Shown here: positions 1 through 9,900 of the stretch, one piece after another | Position numbering within the stretch: the stretch's first letter is position 1 | Layout: the number at the start of each line of letters is the position of its first letter | Origin: a virus | Strand: one strand, 5' to 3' | IMG/VR virus record: IMGVR_UViG_3300021963_000113 | Span: 3,835-67,834 of that record | DNA: 64,000 nucleotides | Position numbers and translations under genes: made by a program | Notes under the pieces: generated by a model | Seen by the model: the letters and a program-made list of their open reading frames with translations, nothing else | The model's database searches: none | What the model was told of the DNA's origin: nothing

Positions 1-975
1 TTTACCCTGTAAATTGTAAGTATTTGATCCGTGAAAATGCTCTGCTCCTTCAATTATTTCATCGTGACTACGACTAGTAAACAAAGTGCCATTACATTGC
101 ATATTTCCTTCACATCTTCCATCTCCCTCAGAGTAAACTGTGGCATTAGTCTCTCCAAATAAATTGGTGGTTTGCACTCTACCTCCGCCACCAGTGCCAC
201 GAAACGGTCCTTGAGGAAATTGAAAATTATTATCCAAATCTTCGGGAACATCACCCCTTGATACTCTAACTTGCACAGATGGATTTGCAGAGACTCTAAA
301 AGCAGCAGTAGTAGTACAGTTAACTAGACATTCACCACCAGGTTCTCGGCGGCGGCCTTGACACCAACTAGCACGACTACCTTCCCTATTATAAGAAGTA
401 GGATCAGTACTAGGATCTGCATGACTGTGCTCAGGAAGATGATTTACTCCCAAAGATTCTCCAGCAATAGTTGCCGTAAATGTGTAATTACCGTCGTCTA
501 CTGTTATATCATCATAAATCCCTTGAAATTGCACTGTAGTGCTTCTTTCCTGACCTACTAAATCAATAGTAGAAATCCAAAATGTTTGGGAATTACTACC
601 AGTGTCTCCATTTGTTCCTCGACCTATTATATTCCAAAAAGGGTCTAAATCAAATGTATCAGAATTTGAAGACGGGGAATGAGCATCTCCTGCGCTTTTC
701 AAATGATTGTAGTGCCCCCTAAAAGCATCCATAATACCTGGACCACCCTGTGTCAATGGTGGTAACCTATAAGTGCTTCCGATAGTTCCACCATATGCGT
801 TACCAATTATTTTAAAAAGTATTGGATATCTAGTATTTGAAATTGTTGCGCCATTACACACAATCCACCCAGGGGGAATTGTAGATTGGTCAGATGCCCA
901 CGGTATTATAGCGCCAATGGGCAAACCTTTCATAGAGCGTATTCTATTATATTTGATTGTATCTGCAAATGCCAT
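1..975 (-). CDS. Tail-collar-domain tail fibre/baseplate protein; its 3' end runs off the window start
   Basis: Manual translation from ATG at 975: MAFADTIKYNRIRSMKGLPIGAIIPWASDQSTIPPGWIVCNGATISNTRYPILFKIIGNAYGG, a phage tail-collar motif. No stop before base 1. Confidence 0.8.
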   Translation of the reverse strand, partial: MAFADTIKYNRIRSMKGLPIGAIIPWASDQSTIPPGWIVCNGATISNTRYPILFKIIGNAYGGTIGSTYRLPPLTQGGPGIMDAFRGHYNHLKSAGDAHSPSSNSDTFDLDPFWNIIGRGTNGDTGSNSQTFWISTIDLVGQERSTTVQFQGIYDDITVDDGNYTFTATIAGESLGVNHLPEHSHADPSTDPTSYNREGSRASWCQGRRREPGGECLVNCTTTAAFRVSANPSVQVRVSRGDVPEDLDNNFQFPQGPFRGTGGGGRVQTTNLFGETNATVYSEGDGRCEGNMQCNGTLFTSRSHDEIIEGAEHFHGSNTYNLQGK

Positions 976-979
976 AGAA

Positions 980-3900
980 TTAAATCTCCATCAAGAACCA
1001 ACCCTGCTGCTCTCCAGCGATACTATTTCCTGCTGCATCTGTTTCCCCGACATAGATAAGACCAAAAGCAGCATTTGGAGTGTTAACAACCAATTCACCA
1101 CCTCCATAATTAGATGCCCCACCCAAACTACTACCAGTTGGACTTCCTTGTAGAGATGTGCCAAGAGGTGCTCTAATAACTAGATTGACACTAAAGTTTA
1201 GAGCTCCACCAACATCAACAACTCTAATTGTATCTCCAGTAAGAGCGTCCTGAGGAAGTAATAAAACTAAAGTAGATGAAGGTCTAATCAAGTATTGAAT
1301 ATTTGGTCTCAATTGATATTGAGTATCAGATTGGGCAGATGCTTGATTGTTTCCTTGAGCACTAATAAAGACTGTTTTTCTGCCACCATTAGCATTATAG
1401 AAGTTTTCGTGTCCGAAAGCTTGTATAGAAGCATCCTGTCTAATTCTAAATGGTTTTGAATTATTATTACCTAAATTATTAATACTTAAGTAATTAACAG
1501 CAGCAGTAGGAGTACTAGTATAAGAGCCATGTAATGTAAGTGTTGCACCAGTGGCAGCAGAAGTTAATTCTCGTCCAATTACTGTACTACCTAATTGAGC
1601 GTCAACAGAGAATCTAGTAGTAAATGGATTTTGTCCAGTTTCCGTTGATGCGGGAGTAGTTAAAGTACCAACTGTCAAGTCATCGCCAACACGTAAAGTG
1701 CCTGCAATTTTAGTATTGCCAGTAGCACCCAATACTTCAAGTGCAATATTTTGTGCTACATCTTCTCTTCCTTTATCGAAATTACCAGAAGCAAAGAAGG
1801 AATCTTTAAAGATTTTGAGATTACCACCATTATAGATGCTTGTATTTCCAGATGCGGATTCGACATAGAATTTTGGAAGAGATCCATTAGTAATTACGAA
1901 ATACTGTTTTGCTGGTGTAGAAGTAGAAGTATTACCACTCAACTCAATTGAATTATGTACAATTAAGTTTCCGCCACCAGTTGCAATAATTGGATTTCCG
2001 TCCTTATCAACATCTGGTTTAGAAGTGCTAGATGGGAATCCATAAGAATCTGCTAGATTCTGGTCATTATCAGCATCATTAAATGGTTTAGTTGTATCAT
2101 AACCAATTACAACGTCACCAGAAATTTGTGTGTTACCTGTAGTTGATATTGTTTCAAATACTTTTAATGCATCTTTTTCAAATGATTCATTACCAAAATC
2201 TCCATTATTAATGACAAACTTCTGAGCATCTGCAGGATTTACCTGTGTAATTCTCACATATTCGCCACCTTCATTCAAACTTACCTTATTAAGTCTAAAC
2301 AAATCATTAATTTTGATATTTGCAGAGAATTCAGCAACATTAATAGCATTGCTAACGGCCGTTATTGGATTTGGATCTATATACGATGCATTTTGTTGCT
2401 CAACTAATCTGTAAATTCTCTGTCCATCTGGGTGAGATGATGCAGCTGTTCCTCTTTGTGCTCTTATAACTTCAACGTAGAATGGTTGTGGGCTATTAGG
2501 CACAAATGTGGATGGGAAATTAACTGTCTGAATAATTTCTTCACCAATTAAATACAATTGATTAATACCAATACCCGTTGGATTACTAATAGGAAGATTC
2601 CATGTTTGAATTCCATTAAAAATTCTATTCTTGAAAGAATCGTTGCCCCAGGGAACATCACCAGTTGTATCAATCACAGTGGAGAATAATCTCATTCTAG
2701 CATTACCTGCATCAGTAGTGCCAGATCTAAGTGCAATAGTGATATTATTATCAGAACTATTTTTTAATGTAAATCCTGTGGAATCTCTACTTGCAACATA
2801 ATAAGTTACATTAGTAGAAACGCCAGTTAGATTACCAACATCAAAAAATACTACCGCATCGTTTTGACTAAACCAATAATTATCAGAAAGTAATTTATTA
2901 TTTACTACTGTATTGATTCTAACAGTGCCATCAAAATTAGGAACAACAGAGAAATAATCGATATTCAAATTATCAAGACTACCAACCGACTGAGTAAGTC
3001 CTATATTTGTAATTACAGTACCAGTTGCTGCAGCCTGTGGATAATTAATACCAGGATTAGTATAAGTAAATGAATTTGGTCCAGTTACAGTAATTGCTAC
3101 TTGTCCGACCGTATTAAATGAATCGACACTACTTACAATTTGAGCAGTAGAAGAAATATTATGTGGGGAAACAGTGGTTACAGTCGCAACGCCATTAGAT
3201 CTTGTAAGAGTTGCAATTCTAATAGTGCCAAAGATATTTCTATTAATACCAAGATTGGTGTTTTTCAATCCACCATTTTGAGTAACATCAGATTCAAAGA
3301 ATGAAGAACCTAATACTTTCAATCCATTTCTGATTGTAGTTGTGCCAGCAACACCACCAAGAGTTAATGTACCAACACTTAAACCAATATTAAGTTTAGT
3401 AATTCCAGATGGGAATAGAGTGAATTCATCATTCAATGAAGTGGTATTAATTTCACCACCATTAATAGTTAATACACCATCAACTATAGTCTGATAATTT
3501 TTAATGTTGAAGAAACTGGACTGTCTGTTTAAGAATGCTCCACCAAAAGTAATATTTGATGAATATGCAGTATCATTATTTTCAACCGTGCCAATATCAA
3601 TTATAGAATTAGTAGCATTAGTATGAATATTGAGAGTTGATGCACCAGTTACCGCAGTGCCAATATTTACAGTTTGCTGGGTTGTTGCGAGATTTCCAAC
3701 ATTAACTGTTGTTGCATATCCAGCAAGAGTAAGATTAGTAGTGCTAGTCTGATTGGCAATTGTAAAGACACCCGAAGTAGTGCGAATATCTCCACCATTT
3801 ACATCAATATCAGATTCAAATCTGAAATCACCAGTGATTCTACCAGTGCCAGCAACCACAAGTGCTCTATCCAATGCACCATCAGCAATATTAATACCAA

Positions 3901-6900
3901 CTCTACCCTCATTATTTGTAGCAATTCTAAATGTTGCTGTGGTATCTGGATTCGCACTATCACCACCGACTAAGAAAGCATGTCTTGTTGGTAATGGAGT
4001 GCCACCATTAAGATTAGAGAAGTTTGTTTGCTTCTTGCCGCTGATAAAGGCGTTACCAACAACATCAAGGTTTGCTCTTGGCTCAGTTCTTGTTGGGGCA
4101 ATAAATCCAGTTGCATAATCAGTAGAAAGAGCTCTAGCAAGAGTGTTAATACCTAACTTATAATCACCATATGTTTCTGTTTCTGTGCGAAGTGCTTCAG
4201 CACCAATAACACCAACTTCTTTCCACTGCGACTCACCACGAGCAATTTCAAGAGTGCCTTGAATGATTGGATTTGTTGAAGAAATATATGGAGGATTGCC
4301 AGATAATGTAGCTTCAGACGCTCTTCTCGTTAGGAGATAAACATAACTGTTTGATTCGGAGTATTCATATCCTTCAGATGGATTGTCGTATACAGTGTGG
4401 ACACCATTAATAAACTGAAGTCTATCTGTGCCGCCAGTGATTCTGATTTGCGTTGACCTTGTGATTCCGAGAGAAGCTCCAGGATTAGAAGTGCTAAAAT
4501 TAATTTTTCCAATCTGGAAAATTAATTTAACAACATTGAGGTTTGGATAGAATTGTACGCCTGTAATATCAATCGATGATTCTTGTCCAGCAGGTGCGCC
4601 AAGTCTATATGCAACATAAGAATTTGCATAAATCCAACCAAGAGAACCAGTATAATTAATCTGTGCCCCTTTGAGTATTACATCACCAGAAAGAGGAACA
4701 GATGAACCAAAGGCAATAGTTTGTGAAGAATCAAATCTTGCTTTAGCACCAACAGTGAATTGGTTAGGAGTTACGTTTGTAATTGAAGTGCGGAATGAAT
4801 AACGCTGGGTGCCGCGTGTATTCATATCGAATATAGCAGCTCTTACTCTATTCTTATCAATTACAACGTCACCAGCTCTTGTAGTATCAAGTTGGGGGTC
4901 ATCATCACCTGGGAATACACCCTGTCTATCTCCAGGTCTAGAAACAATAGTGAGAGATGGAGGCGTCATGATTGCCTCAAACTCTGGGTCAACATTAATA
5001 GTAACTGGAGAGTTGAAGAAGTTAGTTAAATTTGGTGGAGCATTGAGAGTGATAATATTCTCAAAAGTAACGGGATCTTCAAATACCGTTACGAGGCTAC
5101 CGAAATCTCCATCCTCTTCTGTCTCTTCATCTGTAATAATAGCATCGAGAAACTCTTCTTCACCAGTAATAGCATTAATCTTACGGTTACCGATGTAAAG
5201 CTCACCATTAGAGTTAATACCAGTATAGAATACAATACCAGCATCTTGACGCTTGGACTGTGCATAGTAATCTTGTACAGAAGTTAAGATAACAGTTTGT
5301 CTTGCTGGGAAACCAGTTGAGTAGTTACCAGGACCAAAACCAAGATATTCAAACGTGTGGTTACCTGCACGAGCAATAGATGGTCTACGTAATTCAACAT
5401 AGATTCTTTGCTCTAATGGGAATTGAGAATCACCAGCAATAGGAATTAGTCTTTCCTCAGCCCCAGAAGACGCTGCGCCAGACCTTGCTTCAATCTTAGT
5501 TGCATTTGTAGTGAATTCATATCTACCAGATCCAGGATCTTGAATGAAATCTAATACTGCTTCCTTAGTGATGCTATTCTTAGCATCATTAATTGTTACT
5601 AGACCATGGATGTAGTTATCTGCCGCACAAACAGATGCTGGTGGGTCGATGATAGTTGTATTCTTATTACCACCTTGAGAATCAGAACCATCATACTGGA
5701 ATAATAGTGCATCATTTTTATATGATAGTGGATATAGTCTAGATACTGGTTGACTAAACTTAAAGTTTCTGAAGTTGGTACCAACTCCAGATCCAGTTGG
5801 ATATGGGGAAATATCACCACGAATACACGTTAGGTAGTAAATACCATCTTGCTGGCGTGGAATTCTTCTTTGAATAGTTTCAATTTTGTAAATATAATAT
5901 GTTTGTGCTAGGTCTTCTACATCTTCAACACTCACAACACGATACTGTCTAGCAGCATCGTCAGTAATGATGTCACCTGGAGTTACTGTGTAAACATTAG
6001 ATGCCTCAACTGCATATAAGAAATTTTTCTTATCCTCTTTTCCAAAGTTTGGTCTAGAGATAAGTTCAGCAATTACATTTGCTTCCCCATCAATTTCCTG
6101 AATAAAGAATGTTTGAGTCTTTTCATCAAAATCTAATTCGCCTTCCAAATCCTTTAGAATGAGATAATTGAAAGTTTCTGTGCCACCCTCTACTGGCTCT
6201 GTTCCATACCATGAGTGGACAATAGCAGATCCAGTGTATTCACCATACCATCTAATTCTCTTTTCAGGAACAAAGTTTCCATTACCACCCTGAGGTTGTG
6301 CAACTTTTACAGTTACAAATCTCTTTGCTTTTAGCGATTCTACATCAAGTCCATGGTCGAATACAACCATTTCCATGTATCCACCTTCAACAATCTTCGC
6401 AGATTGAATTGTAAATGAGATATTACTTTCAGTCTTGGTGCCTTCAATTCTCTTTCTAATTTCTGGATTATAAGGATCGTAAGTTCCCAATACATTAGTT
6501 ACACCAATTCTTTCTCTTGGTGATGGACCATTCTGGAAGAATGTCGCATCTTTCTGGTCGTTAGCAGAAACAGGCTTAAGTAGTAATCTCTGAGGTAAAA
6601 GTTTTCTAGTTTCGTCAGTTCTAATTTTAATAGCAAAACCATTGATAGGATCTCTAACATCATCACGATAGTTAGGAATTACATAACGTAGTTTGTAAGT
6701 TCTATCGTCATTTTCTCTAGTATCATCTGCTCTGTAGAAGAATGAGTCTGGAGTTCTGGGTGGTTTGTTAACATATGAAGAACCTCTAGATGGGTCATTC
6801 AATGTTAATCTTTCGTAGATTTCATTACCTTGTAGAAGAGTTCTGATAAACCAACCACCCTGTACAGGGTCATAACCAATAGGACTTCTCTTTCTGTTTG

Positions 6901-9900
6901 CAAGTACAAAGAATTCTTCTCCACTTGGGAAATTAAATTGTACAGCATTTTGTCTATTAATAGCATCAGATACTGATGTATAAATCGAGAATTGATTATT
7001 CTTGGTATATGTTGCTGGTCTACCAACATAGTAGTTTCTATTTGTTTCTAGTCTACCACCAGATGTTTTTGCAGGTAGAGTAGCGAGAGCAGCAGCATCA
7101 ACGATTCCATTGGTTAGATTTTCTTCTAGTGGATAGAAGAATACTTGCTGAACCTGGACACCAGCATATGCAGTATCAAATACGTTATTGGTTGAAGTTT
7201 CAAATACTCTGGAACTTGTTAATTTAGCAGTATAGCGGTGCAAATCGTAATTAACATTTGTCAAATATTGATGAACTTCAATCTGAACATCTGGGTCAAT
7301 TCCACTAGTCTCAGAAGAATAAATGTAGTTACCAGCAGTAGCATTTTCGATGCTAGTTGCAAGCATAAATGACTGAGTATTATTAAATTGTGCTGTTGCT
7401 CCACCAGCAGAATAATCATATGGTGCAGTAATCTTACCAGGAGCAATTACATAATAATTTTTGTTGCTTTCAAATCCTTTTGGTAATCTTACGAGACGCT
7501 TATCAACATCAACTGGTTTACCAGTAGAAGGATCTTTTCTTGGAACAGCAACAAGTCTTACTGGTGTGCCTGTTTCTAGATTGTGTGGATTGCTACCAGA
7601 TACTTTAAATAGAGTTGCTCTCTGTGCAAACGAAGTTGTGTTTACAAGTTGAGAAATGAGAGGCTCGGCATCAACACCATTCTTAATAATGTTTTCAATT
7701 ACTCTCATCTTCTCGATGATAGCATCCTTAGTACCAGCACACTTGTTAGCACTTGTGTCTACAATAATACTATTGTCTCTTTCAGGCTTTGTTCTTTCAG
7801 TATATTCATCTGTACCAAAAGTTTTTGGAGGAAGTGGAGATAGATTTTGAAGAGCGCCGAGAAGAATATCAAACTCAGTGGCAATGGTATAAGCAACATC
7901 TGCACAACGAGGAACTCCAGCAGTTGTAGTATCAATAGTAGGATCAATTTGATAATCTAAAGTTGTATTTGGGCGCTTAACATACAATGGATCGGAGTCT
8001 GTGCCATCACCAGTTCTCCAGTTACGCATCGCAAGAATAGCAAGATCTCTTGCCTTCTTATATGCATATACACTAATATCCAACTCACCAATAAGTGATG
8101 CTGCCCCAGCATTATATTTCAGAGCAGGATACTGATAAGAACCATTTTGTAGTTTTGTGAGAAGAATATTGAATAGTGAATTAATTTCGTTTCTTACATC
8201 AAGATAGGCATTAGGATTATCATTTGGAATGTTTGGACCAGGAACGCCTAATTCTGCTGGGCCAACAGGAATACCAAAATCTCTTACATTGAGTTGATTT
8301 GTTACTGCCTTGAAGCAAAGGTCTCTAGCAGCTTGGAATGCAGTTACTGACTGAGCAATTTCGCCAGCAAGTCCATTGTTTAATAGAGTATTGCCAGTGC
8401 TATCAAAATATGACTTGGTTGCAGTAATAATATTATAGTTTCCACCTAGAGCAAGGTCTTCTGCGATAGAATCAACAATGAATCCGATGTCACGCTTACA
8501 CTTAGCTTGGAATTCTGGTGCGCTACCATAATTAATTGGAGGTAATGCTGGATTTTGTGTAGTGCCAGTTACTAAATCACCTTGACGAATTCTAGCAAAA
8601 ATAATATTAGAAAGTGTATCTAATGTTGCTTGGACATTAGAGCAAGATTGACTATCATCATTGTTAGCAGTTACACCAGGAGTGCCAAATACGCTTAATC
8701 CAGATTGAGGAGTGCCAGGTGCTGGATCTCCAGTTAGAGAAAGATCTTTAACAGTTAGTTGGTTAGTAATTGCCTTCTTCATTTCGGCAATTGCCGCAGT
8801 GTAGGCAAAGATAGATTTTTGCTCTTCACCTTGAAGACCATTCTGAATCCATGCCTGCTCTACTGTAGAAACAGTTACTACAACATCATCAACTACATTA
8901 ACACCACCAATAGAAGATCCAGGAATAGTTACTGTATTACCAGCAACATACTTATAACCAGCAGCGTTAATAGTAACAGATGTAATTGCACCAGTAGAGC
9001 TTCTGGTTACATTGAAGGTAGCTCCCACACCGCTACCATTTGTCGTAGTTGAAACGCCAGTGTAAACTCTATTCTGTCTATTGGAAAGAGTAGTGCCATT
9101 GCTACGGGTAAAGGTTAAGATTTTGCCATTAACTTTATCTTCAATAAAATATTGACGAATAAAATCAATAGAATATGAGTTTCCTAGTGTAGTTAAATCA
9201 GTAGAAACTGCATCAATAAAATATCCGATATCACGCTTACACTTGTTTTCTAAATCTGCTGGAGCAGGTGTTGGAAGGCCGCTAGCAAGTAGAGCATTAT
9301 AAGCATTATTAATAATTTCTGCTCTATTTTGCTGAATTAGACGATATGAATCCTTATATCTTGAATAAACATTTGTCTGAGTATCTCCACCATCTGTAAA
9401 TCCAGGTCCACCATAATAGAAATCTGGATATTCGATAGCAAGTTTTGCAGCTGCTTTGTCTACAATTTCTCTTCTATTTGAAAGAATAAGATTCTTGGAA
9501 TAAGCATAACGAGAAGGAGCTCCAACATATGCTTCTGTAGCAGTTACAATACCAGAGTTGCCAGTTGTTTTAAGGTCTTGAATTACACCATCAAGCACTA
9601 AACCAATATCACGCTTACACTTAGTATCGTTTGGCACTGTAACTGTTGGGTATTGTGCCTTAGCAAGATTGAGTGCTTCTTCTGCAATAAAATCTTTGTT
9701 GCGATTGATTAAAGTGCCAGCATCAAATGCTCTACCAGATGAGGTAGCAAACTTACCTTGCTCTAATTCAAAGTTGAGTGTAACACCACCAACACCAATA
9801 GAGTTTGCAGTAATGGTAATGAGTGCTTGCACCTCCTCAGTATCATTTCTGTTACCAAGTTTAAATTGAGTTGTGTTTACAATTTCTCTAATATAGGTGC